Virus record (IMG/VR): IMGVR_UViG_3300042731_005759
Location: 64,001 to 128,000 of that record
Source: a virus
Length of the DNA stretch: 64,000 nt
Direction: 5' to 3' (one strand)
The position numbers and the translations under genes are program-made. A model generated the notes under the pieces. That model was not told the DNA's origin. It was given only the letters and a program-made list of their open reading frames with translations, and searched no databases. Positions 32,101 to 45,230 of the stretch are shown here, piece by piece (within the stretch, counting starts at the first letter, position 1; each line of letters begins with the position of its first letter).

Positions 32101-35100
32101 ACCTATTCTTTCATATAAAATATTCACAGATACTGATGGTATAAAGAAAATAAGTGTCACACCTATTAAATACGACGTACCATTATATACTGACAATACT
32201 TGTAGAACTGAGGCGGATATTGATTGTTTAGATGGAGATACTTTTGATTTCTATTTTGATACATTTTACTTAACAGGAACAACCTGTTGTAATCCACAGG
32301 TAGATGTGTATGGACCGAATAAATTTTATACCCTACCTGAGGATGAAGATGAATGTATCCTCATGGAGGATGTATACTTCAAGGTTTCAGGAATTACTTT
32401 CGGAAACGAAGATATTGTTGATGATGGAGATCCATGTACAACTTGTCCACCATATAATACAACATGGCCAACAAACATTTTTATCAATTGTGTTGGTGGA
32501 TATAACGAATCAATTTCAGGTAATACAACATTACAAGAAGACCAAACAGTTGAATGGGTATCGGGTTGTACTTTCGTTATAAGAAATGTAAGAGAAAATG
32601 ACGTAATAGACATAACTATCACTGACGCGGCTAACTGCGATCAAAAAGTTAGAATTGATGGATTACAACAAAAATTTGAGTGGGATCCTATTGATGGTGA
32701 CGATGTTACCGAATCACGTAGTCATTTTTTCCAATACACAATCGATTCTTATTTAGAAGGTGAGGATTACCCAACTCACGATCCATCAGTAAGTCAAAGT
32801 GGTATAACATTCTGTGATAATTTTTCAGGATATACCCTACACCCAACGGTACAATATAGACCTACTTTTGATTATGGTCTAAAACAAAATACTAAGGTCA
32901 TTAAAATTAACAATGGTGTTATTATAGATGACGAAAATACTTGGGTAGATGTACAGAATTATTTCCAAGATAATACATTAGAGTTAATCGATGTTGAAGA
33001 TGTTCAAATAGGTGATAGATTACTTTCAGGACAATATCTTAACTGTCCTTTCAGTTCAAGTGATTATACAAACGCAGTACTGAGTGGTTATTCATTTAGT
33101 TACAATTACTTAACCGTTGAAGTGGACAATAAAGATTGTTTAGGATCAACAAAAGTAAATGTGATTAATGAAAGATTTAGAGTTTTACCAAATTCTAAAT
33201 TAAGGGTAATGACACAGGTGGGAGATCATTGGGAGTTTACAGAAAAATATCCTGAAGAATTAATAGTGAGACCACCTGAACCAACAGAACCTTGTTGTAA
33301 TTACGGTGTAGACTATTATAAAAAAGGTGATTTACTAATAAACGAATTAGGTTTTCCAATCGAGGTAACCTCATTAGATTTAGATTATTGTCAAAGAGAT
33401 TTATTTTATCATCTGAATGTTAGTGCTGTTTACAGACAACCATCAAATACATTAAGTATTGTTCCTGATAATCCTTTTGGTGTTTCCACAGAATGTTGTA
33501 CGGAAGTTATATTATTTAATGGTGATGTTGACGATCAAATATTGGTAGAATATGATGAACAAATATTTGAAAATTTAGATCTCAGTTCACAACAATATTA
33601 TCAAGACCAATTAGATTGTGTTGATGAGCCAACAATCGAAGATTTAGAAAGACCCGAATATACGGAAAACTGTAATGATCTAAATGCGTTTATTGGTATA
33701 CATTATACTGATGGTAACCAAATATTAATTGAGTATGATGAATCGTACAATATTGGTAATATAGTTCAAGTATCAGAGATTAACTCACAACTAACAGAAT
33801 ACCTCTCACCAGGTATGGATTGTTATGAACTAACAGGAATAGCATACTCTGAAAATATTACACATCAAATACTTTCTATATGTACTGATTTGATAACACC
33901 AACAGCGTCTCCCGCACCAACAGGAACACCAACTCCAACACCAACAATTACTGCTAGCCCAACACCTTCACCATCACCTTCAGAAACACCTGAACCTACC
34001 CCTTCACCAAGTCCTAGTGAGACTCCATCACCAACATCAACGCAAACTCCTACACCATCACCTTCACCAAGTGAGACCCCTGAACCTACTCCTTCACCAA
34101 GTCCAAGTGAAACTGCAGAACCTACACCAACACCTTCAGAAACACCTGAACCGACTGCAAGTGAGACGCCACAACCAACAAGTAGTAGTACGCCAGAACC
34201 AACACCAAGTACTACACCTGATCCAACACCATCACCTTCACCTAGTCCATCACCATCACCGAGTCCTTCTCCAAGCCCAAGTCCATCACCAAGTGCAACG
34301 GCAAACTGTGACTTCGATGTTGATATAGACATTGCGACTCCAACCCCCACAAATAGTAGTACACCAGAACCAACACCTAGTCCATCCCCTTCACCTAGCC
34401 CATCTCCATCACCAAGTCCTACAGTTACTGCAAACTGTGACTTTGACGTTGATGTAGATATTGCTACTCCTACACCAACACCATCTCCATCACCTAGTCC
34501 TTCTCCGTCGCCAAGTCCTTCTCCGAGTCCAAGTGCAACGGCAAACTGTGATTTTGACATTGATATAGATATTGCAACACCAACACCTACACCAACAAAT
34601 AGTAGTACACCTGAACCTACCCCTAATCCTACATCAAGTCCTACACCATCACCTAGCCCTTCACCTTCACCATCACCAACACCTAACTGTGATTTCGATG
34701 TTGATATAGACATTGCAACTCCGACTCCGACTCCTTCACCATCACCGAGTCCTTCTCCGAGTCCGAGTCCAAGTGCAACTGAAAACCCAACACAAACACC
34801 AACACCATCCCCAAGTCCTACGCCAAACTGTGACTTTGACGTTGATGTAGATATTGCAACTCCTACGCCAACACCTAGCCCTTCCCCTTCACCTAGTCCA
34901 TCACCATCACCATCACCAAGTACTACACCTGAATCAACACCAACGCCTTCACCTAGCCCATCCCCTTCACCAAGTCCAAGTCCAAGTGCAACGGCAAACT
35001 GTGACTTTGATATTGATATAGACATTGCAACTCCGACCCCAACACCTACAAATAGTAGTACACCTGAACCTACTCCTAATCCTACACCATCACCAACTGT

Positions 35101-36631
35101 AAGTGTAACTCCTGACGCAACACCTAATCCAACGTCTACACCACCTGCAACGGAAAATCCAACACCTACTCCTAGTAGTACTGCAATTCCGACTCCAACA
35201 CCATCACCTAGTCCGTCACCGTCACCATCTCCGAGTCCTACACCAAACTGTGATTTTGATATTGATATAGATATTGCAACACCTACACCGACACCAAGCC
35301 CATCACCTTCACCTAGTCCATCACCATCCCCTTCACCTAGCCCAAGTGTAACACCTGATCCTACATCAAGTCCAACACCATCACCTAGTCCATCACCATC
35401 ACCAAGTCCTACACCTAATTGCGACTTTGATGTTGATGTAGATATTGCGACTCCTACGCCAACACCAACAAATAGTAGTACACCTGAACCTACCCCTTCA
35501 CCAACACCAAGCAGTACTCCAAACCCTACAGCGAGTCCTACTCCAAGTAGTACTCCTAACCCTACGGCAAGTCCTACCCCAAGTCCTACCCCTAATCCTA
35601 CAGCGAGTCCTACACCATCACCAAGTGTAACTCCTGATCCAACTCCTACGCCTTCACCTAGTCCATCACCAAGTCCTTCACCAAGTCCAACACCTAATTG
35701 TGACTTTGACGTTGATGTAGATATTGCTACCCCTACACCAACACCATCTCCATCACCTAGTCCATCACCATCACCGAGTCCTACCCCAAGTAGTACTCCA
35801 AACCCTACAGCGAGTCCTACTCCAAGTAGTACTCCTAACCCTACTGCAAGTCCAACACCTTCACCTAGCCCATCACCAAGTCCAAGTGCAACACCAAACC
35901 CTACACCATCACCTAGCCCATCTCCATCGCCAAGTCCAACACCAAACTGTGATTTCGATGTTGATATAGATATTGCAACTCCTACTCCTACACCATCACC
36001 ATCTCCGTCGCCTTCACCTAGCCCATCGCCAAGTCCTAGTCCATCACCATCGCCAAGTAGTACACCAAATCCAACTCCTACACCAACACCATCTCCATCG
36101 CCATCACCGTCTCCGTCACCATCACCTAGTCCAAGTCCGACTCCAAGTCCGACCCCTAGTCCTACTGCAGTAGATTGTCCACCTAGTTGTGGTACACAGA
36201 TCTATAAAAACTCATATGTACCAACAGGTAGTACTTCATCTGTTAGTACAATTAAGGATCTCGGTGGATACTGTACTGAAAATAGAGTGGATGGTGATAT
36301 AGTATCTACAAGTGGTGCAGAATGGGTATATAATACAAATAATTGTGTTGTATATGTTAGATCTTATAGTGGAGGATCAAGTAGTACGTGTGTTGGTGAG
36401 TATGTAACACCTACAGGAACTGAGGTTAGTTCATTTGTACACACTGAAGGTACGTTAACACCAACAGGAAGTAATAAATTATACGATACAGGAATCAGAT
36501 ATATTGACTCTAATAATAACGCAATTGTGATTGTGACTGAATGGAATTCATCACTAATGGATTTAGTTAGAGTTTGGGTATTATGTGATTGTAGTTTTGA
36601 AGGTGAAGTAATAGAAAATTTTGAAGGATGA
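29174..36631 (+). CDS. Giant baseplate wedge protein (gp7/P2 gpI-like domain) with degenerate HINT domain and ~750-aa Pro/Ser/Thr stalk
   Basis: [14 protein letters not shown] and [29 protein letters not shown] (gpI/gp7 motif); HINT-like segment at 32876-33553; PS/PT repeats at 33896-36166. Confidence 0.75.
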   Translation: MAKRKVPSQAASGRETFNDNLIGNQITDGSSQLTATNFSVEKTLPQRDSKKFKTTPFSEYLTLDDLNEENDAPTTTSSTSDDDKTVKFNASKENGSKSLYGSLRERISISVKRIINKFPAGFYVDKDTPISSTEYTAENIVYNSKTYETTLKLENSKIFNPHDVVLVKPKSNTQPEVENTFKNFYDHYKKYTLVIGEQTYNIVSFTEVDSTGFITLKVKGNPFNGNSTYTESFLIRPVDSVVEEFFKNLDDLESILLNRESTPKYTSKFVVPQDSLDGSKTENKTLRFTWPLFKDGWNIKITGNSYVEYLRRLSDVGQEIDNYKSNLIVRFLTTASLNEFDTPDQRIASIFKLYGQSFDSIKKFIDNVSYMRNVSYDGINNVPDVLLKNLSNTLGLTDVKLFDDKSLEDILYSRIDSQYEGVDLGKNVIEAETEFYRRVLVNLAHIYKSKGTRNAIEFFLRFLGAPEPLIKIEEYTYKYDEVRKNVSDIDSDIYDLIQDEKTFTIAELQTTGFTYLNTVTTGLTSYKETEFPINVESSGSTKYGDVQQIVSETNDTFFEKGAGWYDITLQHRSSLELDTENSDLLSTPKVIKTKNKDYTYGEDYFDLFRQFDGLDYGYELHNTVDNNKTELLGDLDSKTLNRKNIQVYISSAQALDHDVYRKSRELGVSFGTNTLEPQTGFTFAEYIDQVLNEQIRNSHVVKHQKSYIQLEDIYLSYLDKVSDPYSNPTVSEFINKISPYWVQLIEQFIPATTLWTGGNIIENHNLGRSKYEYKKPCRITEFTENLFPDFELAIEEDLETVLGDPDIFRGLTVVSGVTYNLHIDFNGTTYTSNSLLTLSGETQSINQVNVCSNNFTHAGLFEPYPVNSECSTLLSSDFNGVPFDKTIHLPLTCDFKCYLKPQREILECLWVDKVQDIIDNQINSQYYRKTYYSNGQTNISNHAGWVDYELTGNTQTETNYQNELTSNGESYSCEVAPILSYKIFTDTDGIKKISVTPIKYDVPLYTDNTCRTEADIDCLDGDTFDFYFDTFYLTGTTCCNPQVDVYGPNKFYTLPEDEDECILMEDVYFKVSGITFGNEDIVDDGDPCTTCPPYNTTWPTNIFINCVGGYNESISGNTTLQEDQTVEWVSGCTFVIRNVRENDVIDITITDAANCDQKVRIDGLQQKFEWDPIDGDDVTESRSHFFQYTIDSYLEGEDYPTHDPSVSQSGITFCDNFSGYTLHPTVQYRPTFDYGLKQNTKVIKINNGVIIDDENTWVDVQNYFQDNTLELIDVEDVQIGDRLLSGQYLNCPFSSSDYTNAVLSGYSFSYNYLTVEVDNKDCLGSTKVNVINERFRVLPNSKLRVMTQVGDHWEFTEKYPEELIVRPPEPTEPCCNYGVDYYKKGDLLINELGFPIEVTSLDLDYCQRDLFYHLNVSAVYRQPSNTLSIVPDNPFGVSTECCTEVILFNGDVDDQILVEYDEQIFENLDLSSQQYYQDQLDCVDEPTIEDLERPEYTENCNDLNAFIGIHYTDGNQILIEYDESYNIGNIVQVSEINSQLTEYLSPGMDCYELTGIAYSENITHQILSICTDLITPTASPAPTGTPTPTPTITASPTPSPSPSETPEPTPSPSPSETPSPTSTQTPTPSPSPSETPEPTPSPSPSETAEPTPTPSETPEPTASETPQPTSSSTPEPTPSTTPDPTPSPSPSPSPSPSPSPSPSPSPSATANCDFDVDIDIATPTPTNSSTPEPTPSPSPSPSPSPSPSPTVTANCDFDVDVDIATPTPTPSPSPSPSPSPSPSPSPSATANCDFDIDIDIATPTPTPTNSSTPEPTPNPTSSPTPSPSPSPSPSPTPNCDFDVDIDIATPTPTPSPSPSPSPSPSPSATENPTQTPTPSPSPTPNCDFDVDVDIATPTPTPSPSPSPSPSPSPSPSTTPESTPTPSPSPSPSPSPSPSATANCDFDIDIDIATPTPTPTNSSTPEPTPNPTPSPTVSVTPDATPNPTSTPPATENPTPTPSSTAIPTPTPSPSPSPSPSPSPTPNCDFDIDIDIATPTPTPSPSPSPSPSPSPSPSPSVTPDPTSSPTPSPSPSPSPSPTPNCDFDVDVDIATPTPTPTNSSTPEPTPSPTPSSTPNPTASPTPSSTPNPTASPTPSPTPNPTASPTPSPSVTPDPTPTPSPSPSPSPSPSPTPNCDFDVDVDIATPTPTPSPSPSPSPSPSPTPSSTPNPTASPTPSSTPNPTASPTPSPSPSPSPSATPNPTPSPSPSPSPSPTPNCDFDVDIDIATPTPTPSPSPSPSPSPSPSPSPSPSPSSTPNPTPTPTPSPSPSPSPSPSPSPSPTPSPTPSPTAVDCPPSCGTQIYKNSYVPTGSTSSVSTIKDLGGYCTENRVDGDIVSTSGAEWVYNTNNCVVYVRSYSGGSSSTCVGEYVTPTGTEVSSFVHTEGTLTPTGSNKLYDTGIRYIDSNNNAIVIVTEWNSSLMDLVRVWVLCDCSFEGEVIENFEG
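33896..36166 (+). repeat. Pro-Ser/Pro-Thr low-complexity coding repeat with 10 NCDFD[VI]D[VI]DIATP modules
   Basis: Read directly from DNA and translation. Confidence 0.95.
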
Positions 36632-36671
36632 TAGACTATAAAATTGAAAAATTAAACTATATATTTTAATA

Positions 36672-39600
36672 ATGAGTCAGGTAAGATATTTTGATGTAAC
36701 AATTAGTTCGGGAACCTCACATAGTACATATATTATATACTATGATCAGGTTAACGCGTCTAATATTGCCACAAGAGTATCAACTAATTTACCTGCAACA
36801 GGAGTTACATATTCAGATTTAACTTCACTTAATGGTGTTAGAGTTCAAGTACCTTACACTGCAACAACAATATTATTGTATAATAACTCATGTGTTGTTG
36901 ATGACGAAATTATCTTACCAACACCAATTCCCACATCTACACCTACACCCACTCCTTCCCCAAGCCCATCACCTAGTCCATCACCTTCACCTAGTCCATC
37001 ACCAAGCCCTACACCATCCCCAAGCCCAAGCCCATCCCCAAGTCCAACACCTAATTGTGACTTTGATGTAGACATAGATATTGCAACTCCCACACCAACC
37101 CCATCACCTTCACCTAGCCCATCACCTAGTCCGTCCCCATCACCAACACCAAACCCTACACCAAATCCAACACCATCCCCAAGCCCAAGCCCATCACCTT
37201 CACCTAGTCCATCACCAAGTCCTACACCGACATTTAGTCCAACTCCAAGTGCAACACCAAACCCTACTGCGAGTCCAACACCATCTCCTAGCCCGAGTCC
37301 ATCACCAAGTCCAACACCGTCACCAACACCTAATTGTGACTTCGATGTGGACGTAGAAATGAATTTAGCACCTACAGGGTTTACACCATTTGCTTTTCAA
37401 CAGTTTGAAAATACGGCAACAGGTACAACGATAGCGACACTTTCAGCAAGTGATCCTGATTCGGGTGATACACATACATTTAGTTTAGTGTCAGGTTCAG
37501 GTAGTACAGATAACGCATCATTTACTTTATCAAGTGCAGGTGTTCTTAAAAATGCAGTAGTATTCAACTATGAAACAAAATCAAGTTATTCGATAAGAGT
37601 AAGAGTTACAGATCAAGGTGGACTAAGTTTTGAAGGTACAAGAACAGTATCAGTTCGTAACGTAAATGAAACTCCGTATGGATTGACATTAAGCAATAAT
37701 ACACAGAATGAGAATACCGCAACAGGTACAACCATCGGAACGTTCTCAGGTTTAGATGTTGATAGTGGTGAAACATTTACATATACACTTTCGGGAAGTG
37801 GTAATGATAACGCATCATTTACTTTATCAAGTGCGGGAGTTCTTAAAAACGCGATAGTATTCAATTACGAAGTTAAAAATTCATATAGTATCGAAGTAAC
37901 GGTTACTGATAGTGGTAATAACACCTATACTGATACATTTACAATTTCAGTCCTTGATGTTAACGAAACACCTACTAATATTACTTTATCAAGTTCATCT
38001 ATAGATGAGAATGTACCAACAGGGACTACAATTGGAACATTTAGCTCATCAGACCCTGATAGTGGAAATACCTTTACATATAGTTTAGTAAGTGGAACAG
38101 GATCATCAGGAAATGGTAGTTTTTATATCGATGGTACAAGTCTGAAGAGTAATGTTGTATTTGACTATGAAACACAATCATCTTACTCTATAAGGGTTAG
38201 ATCGACAGATCAAGGAGGTCTTTACGTAGAAAAAATATTAACAATATCGATTACAGACATATCAGTATCAGGTACTGCAACAGTCACAAACTTAAATTGT
38301 TATAATGATTCCTCAGGAACAATTGAAGTCACTTCTCAGTCAGGGGGTGACTCACCATACACATATTCAATTAATGGTATATCGTATCAATCATCAACGT
38401 CATTTACAGGTTTGGGGGCAGGAACTTATACAGTATATATTAAAGATGATAATGGTGAAATAGGTACGTTATCAAAAACAATAACACAACCACCCGTACT
38501 TTCAGTGACTGATTCACACACAGATCCAACATGTTATGGAGGAAGTGATGGTGAAATTGTCTTTAGTGTTGCTGGTGGTACAGGTGAAAAAACATATACA
38601 ATAAATGGGGATGTAACAACAGATACAACTCATACAGGTTTGACTGCGGGTACATATACTTTCATTGCGACAGACGAAAATGGATGTACTGATAGTAGAT
38701 CGGTTACTTTGAGTGTAACGCAAGTGTCAGTTAATTTTGACGGAAGTGATGTTAGTTGTAATGGTGATTCAGATGGTAGTATTAGGGTTTTCTGTCCAAC
38801 AGGTGGTAGTGGATCGGGATACGAAGTCAAAATAGGGTCCAATGCATATCAAAACTTACCAACTGGTTGTGGTTTTGGTGATGGAGTAAATTACACGGCA
38901 TTAACTGCAGGTACATACACTATCACAGTAAAAGATGGGGATGGTTGTGAAAGACAATATACAAGAGTAATAACAGAACCTACTACTTTATCAGCATCTG
39001 CAAGTGGTACTCTACCAACCTGTAGTAATAGTTCAGATGGTACAATAACAGTAACCGCCAGTGGTGGTACATCACCATATGAGTATGATTTAGCGAATAC
39101 AGGTTACCAAACCTCAAACGTATTCAGTAACCTAAGTTCAGGTTCATATACAGGTAGGGTAAGAGATAATAATGGGTGTATTGGGGCGTTTAGTGTTGAT
39201 ATCACAAGAACTCAAGTGTCTGCAACAGTAACACAAACAAATGTTACTTGTAATGGTGATGATGACGGAACAATAACTGTTACAAGTCCATCAGGTGGTA
39301 CAGGTACAGGATACGAAGTAAAATTAAATAGTAATGGTACTTATGTAAATCTTGAGACAGAAACATATAGTAATTTGGCACCAGGAACATACACAGTTTA
39401 TGTTAAGGATAGTAATGATTGTGAAAGAACATATAGTATAACAATAACTGAAAATGCGGTGGTGACCGCAAGTGTTACATCAACAGACCCAACATGTTTC
39501 GGTAATACTGATGGTAGTATAACAGTAACGGGATCAGGTGGAACAGGATCATATACTTACAGTATTGGAAGTGGTTACCAAGCATCAAATACTTTTACCA

Positions 39601-41903
39601 ATTTAGGAAATGGTGCATATAATATATCAGTTCAAGATAGTAATGGTTGTATAGGTACAACCACAAGAATCCTATTGAAACAAGAAGTTTCCGCAACAGT
39701 AACACAATCTAATGTTACTTGTAATGGAGGATCAAATGGATCCATTACGGTATCCTCACCTACAGGTGGAAATGGTGTCCCATATAGTGTAAAATTAAAT
39801 AGTGGTTCTTATACAACAACATTCCCTAAAACTTACTCGAGTTTAAGTGCGGGGACGAACACTATAACCGTTAGAGATACTGACGGATGTACAAAAGAAT
39901 ATAGTATTACTATTACAGAACCAACTGCGGTTAATGTTACATCAAGTTCTGTGACACATCCAACATGTAATTACAGTAGTGATGGTGAAATAACAGTAAG
40001 TGCTACGGGTGGAACAGGCACTAAACAATATTCTATTAACGGTCTTTTATATCAGTCTTCAGGGACATTTACAGGATTAAGTGTTGGATCTCATACATTA
40101 TTTGCAAGAGACGAAAACAATTGTGTTGATACGGTATCGGTGACACTAAGTAAATCTCAGGTTACGGCAACCGTAACTCACACAAATGCAAGTTGTAATC
40201 TTGCAGATGGTGGTGGTTCGGGTACAATCACAGTATCCTCACCTACAGGTGGAAATGGAGGCACATACCAATCTAAATTGAATAGTGGGTCTTATACAAA
40301 TATAGGTACGTCAAAAACATATAGTAATGTGTCCGCAGGGACACACACAATTACCGTAAAAGATGGTAGTGGGTGTACAACATCATATTCTGTGACGATA
40401 ACACAACCAAACGCACTTACAATAGGGAGAACCATGGTAAACCCAACCTGTAGTAATAGTTCAGATGGATCAATAACATGGACAGTTGGGGGAGGAACGT
40501 CACCGTACTCATATACATTAAATGGTGATGTAACTGAAACCCTATCACATACAGGATTAACAACAGGTAGTTACACTTTGGAAGTAACAGATGATAACGG
40601 TTGTACAAAATCACGATTAGTTACGTTGAGTAAATCAGCGGTAACCGCATCATATAGTGTCAATAACCCTCTTTGTAATGGTGAATCAAATGGATCTGTA
40701 GAAATCACATCAATTACAGGAGGTAATGGTGGAACCTACCAATATCAATGGGATGGTGGAACATGGACAAACTTCTCAGGTTCCGCAATAATAGGTTTTC
40801 AATCTGCGGGAACATATACATTAAAAGTGAGAGACAGTCAACAATGTACAACAACATATTCTGTGAACTTAGGTCAACCATCAGCCCTTAATTTAAGTCT
40901 ATCACCAACAGGTCCAACGTGTTGGGATGGTAGTGACGGAGAAATTACTGTTACTGGTACAGGTGGAACTTCACCATACACTTATAAAATCGGTTCAGGT
41001 AATTACCAAATCTCAAATACATTTACTGGTTTAACTGACGGATCATACATAGTTACAATAAGAGATGCGAATAGTTGTACTAATTCGGCAAGTACTACGG
41101 TATCTACATCAGCACCATCGGCAACATTTACAACAACGGATGTTTCTTGTAATGGTGGTTCTAATGGTTTAATAAATGTTGCAAATCCAACAGGTGGTAG
41201 TGGATCGGGATATTACCATAGACTTAATAATGGATTATGGGTATTAACTTTCCCTTACAATTATGGTGCTTTATCCGCGGGAACATACACAATCGATATA
41301 AAGGATGGTGATTCATGTGAAAAGTCTTACAGTGTCACCGTGTCTCAACCTACAGCGGGTACCGCATCTATTTTAAGTTACGTATCTGGTAGTAATGGTT
41401 CTATAACTGTTACATCCTCAGGAGGTACATGGAATAAAACTTATAGATTATATGAAGATACTGCGTCACCTTATACAAATAGTGGGGGTGTACTAACAGC
41501 CACAATCACAGGTGTTACCTCATCAAATCCATCACAAACATTCTCCAACCTCTCCGAAGGTTACTATTACGTTGTTATAACTGACGCTAATGGTTGTACC
41601 GCAACATCGGCAGTACAAAGTACTTTCGCAGGTTCAGTAGGAGATCTTAAAATTAGTAGGTGTGGTGATAGTGTAATATACTATGCAAATAGTCAATTTG
41701 GTTGTAGTGAAGGGAACGATCTATTGATGCCATTTGGATTTAATATTGGAGATATAGTTCAATTTGCGGTAGGGACGGATTGCCCACACGGTACTACTTA
41801 TTGTGGTGAAATAACAGCAACTGATCAAAGTAATGAATCAACAGCAATATTAACAAGTGAATTTACACAGGATGATTGTAACTCACCTGACTGTAATGAA
41901 TAA
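36672..41903 (+). CDS. Adhesin-like fibre protein: shared N-domain, PS/PT linker with 2 NCDFD motifs, 3 cadherin repeats, ~14 SprB repeats, Cys-rich C-domain
   Basis: Cadherin: [21 protein letters not shown]...[20 protein letters not shown]...VNETP. SprB: TCxGxxDGxITVxxxGGTxPYxY...GLxAGTYTxxVxDxNGC. Confidence 0.85.
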   Translation: MSQVRYFDVTISSGTSHSTYIIYYDQVNASNIATRVSTNLPATGVTYSDLTSLNGVRVQVPYTATTILLYNNSCVVDDEIILPTPIPTSTPTPTPSPSPSPSPSPSPSPSPSPTPSPSPSPSPSPTPNCDFDVDIDIATPTPTPSPSPSPSPSPSPSPTPNPTPNPTPSPSPSPSPSPSPSPSPTPTFSPTPSATPNPTASPTPSPSPSPSPSPTPSPTPNCDFDVDVEMNLAPTGFTPFAFQQFENTATGTTIATLSASDPDSGDTHTFSLVSGSGSTDNASFTLSSAGVLKNAVVFNYETKSSYSIRVRVTDQGGLSFEGTRTVSVRNVNETPYGLTLSNNTQNENTATGTTIGTFSGLDVDSGETFTYTLSGSGNDNASFTLSSAGVLKNAIVFNYEVKNSYSIEVTVTDSGNNTYTDTFTISVLDVNETPTNITLSSSSIDENVPTGTTIGTFSSSDPDSGNTFTYSLVSGTGSSGNGSFYIDGTSLKSNVVFDYETQSSYSIRVRSTDQGGLYVEKILTISITDISVSGTATVTNLNCYNDSSGTIEVTSQSGGDSPYTYSINGISYQSSTSFTGLGAGTYTVYIKDDNGEIGTLSKTITQPPVLSVTDSHTDPTCYGGSDGEIVFSVAGGTGEKTYTINGDVTTDTTHTGLTAGTYTFIATDENGCTDSRSVTLSVTQVSVNFDGSDVSCNGDSDGSIRVFCPTGGSGSGYEVKIGSNAYQNLPTGCGFGDGVNYTALTAGTYTITVKDGDGCERQYTRVITEPTTLSASASGTLPTCSNSSDGTITVTASGGTSPYEYDLANTGYQTSNVFSNLSSGSYTGRVRDNNGCIGAFSVDITRTQVSATVTQTNVTCNGDDDGTITVTSPSGGTGTGYEVKLNSNGTYVNLETETYSNLAPGTYTVYVKDSNDCERTYSITITENAVVTASVTSTDPTCFGNTDGSITVTGSGGTGSYTYSIGSGYQASNTFTNLGNGAYNISVQDSNGCIGTTTRILLKQEVSATVTQSNVTCNGGSNGSITVSSPTGGNGVPYSVKLNSGSYTTTFPKTYSSLSAGTNTITVRDTDGCTKEYSITITEPTAVNVTSSSVTHPTCNYSSDGEITVSATGGTGTKQYSINGLLYQSSGTFTGLSVGSHTLFARDENNCVDTVSVTLSKSQVTATVTHTNASCNLADGGGSGTITVSSPTGGNGGTYQSKLNSGSYTNIGTSKTYSNVSAGTHTITVKDGSGCTTSYSVTITQPNALTIGRTMVNPTCSNSSDGSITWTVGGGTSPYSYTLNGDVTETLSHTGLTTGSYTLEVTDDNGCTKSRLVTLSKSAVTASYSVNNPLCNGESNGSVEITSITGGNGGTYQYQWDGGTWTNFSGSAIIGFQSAGTYTLKVRDSQQCTTTYSVNLGQPSALNLSLSPTGPTCWDGSDGEITVTGTGGTSPYTYKIGSGNYQISNTFTGLTDGSYIVTIRDANSCTNSASTTVSTSAPSATFTTTDVSCNGGSNGLINVANPTGGSGSGYYHRLNNGLWVLTFPYNYGALSAGTYTIDIKDGDSCEKSYSVTVSQPTAGTASILSYVSGSNGSITVTSSGGTWNKTYRLYEDTASPYTNSGGVLTATITGVTSSNPSQTFSNLSEGYYYVVITDANGCTATSAVQSTFAGSVGDLKISRCGDSVIYYANSQFGCSEGNDLLMPFGFNIGDIVQFAVGTDCPHGTTYCGEITATDQSNESTAILTSEFTQDDCNSPDCNE

Positions 41904-41966
41904 ACAAATAAAAACTTTTTTGAAAAGTATGATATTTATTAATAAAGATTTTAAAACTAAAAAATT

Positions 41967-42509
41967 ATGGCTTATCAAGTAACATTTACATTAAATGCGT
42001 TGTACACAGGTACAACGGAAGCGGACAACTTTACAATAGTTGGGAAACATTCAAACGGTTCCCCCGCAGATACAACAATAGCAACAGGGGTCGCTAAGGC
42101 GGATTTAATCGCGGGAGTAACCTACCAAGTTGCAGATACAATAACAGGAGGTACAGTAACCTCAACAGGGACATGTACTAATTCTGTGAATTGGGTTGGA
42201 CAAGGAGGTGCGGCACCAACGGCAACACCACAAGCAACACTAGGACCAACGGCAACACCATCGGAAATTTCATATTACCAATTTAGTTACTGTGATACTG
42301 GTGATCAACCACAAGGAGTTACAACTGTTGACGTATCATCAGATGAGTTAACGGCAGCAGGATTTAATGCATTACCATCACCAGGTAACCCAACTCTTGA
42401 ATTCCAAGGGTTAGGTGGTTGTTATGAATACAGACAGGTAGAAGCAAGTAGTAGTGATGGTCGTCTCATTTTGACCGTGAACGAATGTACTTGTGATGAG
42501 TCGGCATAA
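41967..42509 (+). CDS. Small modular appendage protein (shared N-domain, PT linker, Cys-rich domain)
   Basis: ATGVAKADLIAGV N-domain motif; [16 protein letters not shown] linker; YYQFSYC...CYEY...CTC. Confidence 0.75.
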   Translation: MAYQVTFTLNALYTGTTEADNFTIVGKHSNGSPADTTIATGVAKADLIAGVTYQVADTITGGTVTSTGTCTNSVNWVGQGGAAPTATPQATLGPTATPSEISYYQFSYCDTGDQPQGVTTVDVSSDELTAAGFNALPSPGNPTLEFQGLGGCYEYRQVEASSSDGRLILTVNECTCDESA

Positions 42510-42540
42510 TTCAAAAACTAAGTCATAAAGTTTATATTAA

Positions 42541-42565
42541 AAAACCCTCACTCGAGGGTTTTTTT
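42541..42565 (+). terminator. Intrinsic terminator (possibly bidirectional)
   Basis: AAAACCCTC-ACTC-GAGGGTTTT followed by further Ts, with an A-run upstream. Confidence 0.8.
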
Positions 42566-42593
42566 ATTTCTATTATAAAAGTATTTATAACAT

Positions 42594-43889
42594 ATGGGAT
42601 TAGTAGTTAGGTTATATGACATAGTTTCACCCAATAAATTCAAGTTGAGTATTGGGTTATCACCGTATGGTAATTTTGATCAAATAGTGGGATCAGAAGC
42701 CAATGGATATTTTCTACCGTCAACTACGGGAACTACAGACACCACCCATAGAAATTATAGGACAGATCCTATATGTATAACAGATAATAACCCCGAGATT
42801 ACGGGTTCAACATGTTCTGTATATGAATCTTTGACATTTGATACGAGATATTTTCTGAAATTAGAGGATACATCAAATCTTGTAAATCAATGTGATACTA
42901 ATCCATGTATTGATAATACGGAAAAGAGACATATAATTGAAAGTATATATATCAGTGATAGTAAGACGTTTGATTGTTATGACAAGATTAAATTTGATGT
43001 GGATTATGTATGTTTAACTCCCACACCTACTCCAAGTGCAACACCTAATCCAACCCCTAATCCTACTACATTACCGAATCCAACCCCCAACCCAACACCT
43101 GAACCTACCGCAAATCCAACACCTAATCCTACCGCAGATCCAACACCACAACCAACACCTCAGTGTTTACGTTACATAATAACAGTCACTGACCAAAAGG
43201 TTGCATTAGTAGTAACGTATACGGATTGTGCGACTGGTTTAACAGATACGGAAACTATAAATCCATCAACATCTGAAACCCTTTGTTCACTAACTCAACC
43301 AGTGAGATCATCAGGTACCCTACAATACTACATTGGTGAGGGTACAGATAACTGTGCAAATGCACCTACTCCGAATCCAACACCTAATCCTACCGCTAAC
43401 CCAACACCTAATCCAACTGCGGAACCTACACCTGAACCAACACCTGAACCTACAGGTTTATGTATAGAAGTTTCAGATTTTGTGGCGAGAACTGACTTAT
43501 CAACAACTTTTACTTGGGAAGACTGTGATGGGAATAGTTATAGTATGAATATACCTGCAGGAGACGCGGCACCACCTTCATCGGGGCCATGTGTTAGACA
43601 AGGTACTGTATCATGGGTACCATCAGGCGGAAATGCGAGGGTAGACTTAGCGATAAGTCCTTCAGGACTTTGTGATGGTGGTGAACCAGTTACAACACAG
43701 TGTTATAATTACACATTATCAGTACCTAGTATGGGTGAAACTACGAGTACTTTCTCATATACCGCATGTAATGGAGACGAGAGGACATGGACAGGATTGT
43801 CTGGTGATAATACATCAGTATGTGCACAAGATGGTACGGTAAGTGTAACATCGGGACCTGGAACATACTATAAAGGAAGTGCATGTTAA
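42594..43889 (+). CDS. Modular appendage protein with PTPN linkers and three Cys-rich domains
   Basis: Translation; TATTTATA motif 4 nt before the ATG. Confidence 0.75.
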   Translation: MGLVVRLYDIVSPNKFKLSIGLSPYGNFDQIVGSEANGYFLPSTTGTTDTTHRNYRTDPICITDNNPEITGSTCSVYESLTFDTRYFLKLEDTSNLVNQCDTNPCIDNTEKRHIIESIYISDSKTFDCYDKIKFDVDYVCLTPTPTPSATPNPTPNPTTLPNPTPNPTPEPTANPTPNPTADPTPQPTPQCLRYIITVTDQKVALVVTYTDCATGLTDTETINPSTSETLCSLTQPVRSSGTLQYYIGEGTDNCANAPTPNPTPNPTANPTPNPTAEPTPEPTPEPTGLCIEVSDFVARTDLSTTFTWEDCDGNSYSMNIPAGDAAPPSSGPCVRQGTVSWVPSGGNARVDLAISPSGLCDGGEPVTTQCYNYTLSVPSMGETTSTFSYTACNGDERTWTGLSGDNTSVCAQDGTVSVTSGPGTYYKGSAC

Positions 43890-43900
43890 TACAATAAAAA

Positions 43901-45181
43901 ATGGCAAGAAAGGTTAGGATAGATTTAAGTTTAGACAACACTCACAGTTTGAGTGATTTTCCTGTTGACTTATATAGTGGAACAACTAGTGGGACTACAA
44001 CTGAGTTAGTTTTTGCGAATATTACAGAGGGACCTGTAGTATTAGAAGTGGAAGACAGTGTTTTAAATATTGTCAATGGAGAGCACCCATTTTTCTATGT
44101 TAGGTTTTCTTCTGAAGGATGTCATGATGAAATTGTTAAAGTTCAAGTACCGAGAGTAGATTGTACTTTATGTGTTTCATTTATACCATATGGGTTTACA
44201 CCAACACCAAATCCAACGGAGACCCCATTACCTACTCCTGAACCTACTCCTAATCCTACTAATGAACCAACACCTAATCCTACTAATGAACCTACACCTA
44301 ATCCCACTCCTAATCCTACTAATGAACCAACACCTAATCCTACCGCAGATCCAACACCTGAACCTACACCTAATCCTACCGCAGACCCAACTCCTAATCC
44401 AACTGCAGAACCAACACCTAATCCTACACCGAATCCAACTGCGGAACCTACACCTGAACCAACAGAAAATATTATAGTTGCGGGTGTAAGATTGACTATT
44501 CCTTATACAAATTCGGAAGACGCATGTGCTGGTAGTAATAAAAACCAAAGTAATCACGCATATATCCTTGAAGGATCAAGTATATTCACATTAGTCAACG
44601 GGTATTTACTAATCGACGGAAGTCAACTTACGATGGTAGGATCGGTGGATTATGATTTATATTATGGTGATGAAACAATTTCAACAAACTCATTAGAACA
44701 GAGTATAGGTACAGTAAATGGTGCGTCACCATCGGGATGGTATTTAGTTGATTCGACTTCAACTACAAATATACCTTTAAGTTCGAAAGTATTAGCAACA
44801 GTAAATGACACGTATAATCCAACAACAATAAGTTTTAGTCTTTGTGTAACCCCTGAACCAACACCCGAAGAAACACCAGCTGAAGAAAGTGGTTTAGTTA
44901 AAATTATAGATTGTGATCTGTTGGATGAAAATGGTCAAGCACCACCAGGGGCGAGTTACTATTTGATAGACCCAACTGAAACTTGTATATCAGGGCAATT
45001 ATCACTGACATCAACCTTATTATCTGCAGGGGATATTATATATTATCGTGTAGGTGATCAAACTTGTTCGGGATCCATTATGTGTGCTCAAGTACAGAAT
45101 GGAACCTTTACAGGTACACCAGATGCAACAAGGAGTGGTGAAAACATATTCCCATCTTGTAGTGAATGTTACATACCATAA
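43901..45181 (+). CDS. Modular appendage protein with PTPN/PTNE linker and Cys-rich C-domain
   Basis: Translation; C-domain ends CSEC. Confidence 0.75.
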   Translation: MARKVRIDLSLDNTHSLSDFPVDLYSGTTSGTTTELVFANITEGPVVLEVEDSVLNIVNGEHPFFYVRFSSEGCHDEIVKVQVPRVDCTLCVSFIPYGFTPTPNPTETPLPTPEPTPNPTNEPTPNPTNEPTPNPTPNPTNEPTPNPTADPTPEPTPNPTADPTPNPTAEPTPNPTPNPTAEPTPEPTENIIVAGVRLTIPYTNSEDACAGSNKNQSNHAYILEGSSIFTLVNGYLLIDGSQLTMVGSVDYDLYYGDETISTNSLEQSIGTVNGASPSGWYLVDSTSTTNIPLSSKVLATVNDTYNPTTISFSLCVTPEPTPEETPAEESGLVKIIDCDLLDENGQAPPGASYYLIDPTETCISGQLSLTSTLLSAGDIIYYRVGDQTCSGSIMCAQVQNGTFTGTPDATRSGENIFPSCSECYIP

Positions 45182-45230
45182 AAAATAAAAGTAATTGGAT
45201 ATAAAGAGTATTTATAATATAAAAGATTAA

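Noticed and set aside
33865-35025. Long minus-strand ORFs (386 aa here; also 47035-47643, 52106-52429, 53354-53662, 44228-44557)
   Set aside because: Gly/Val/Asp/Arg-rich antisense shadows of the C/A-rich Pro-Thr/Ser repeats, which lack stop codons by composition; no start context.
37509-37871. Near-identical 66-nt pair as a DGR template/variable repeat
   Set aside because: Differences are mostly synonymous and not adenine-specific, both copies are inside cadherin repeats, and there is no reverse transcriptase in the window.
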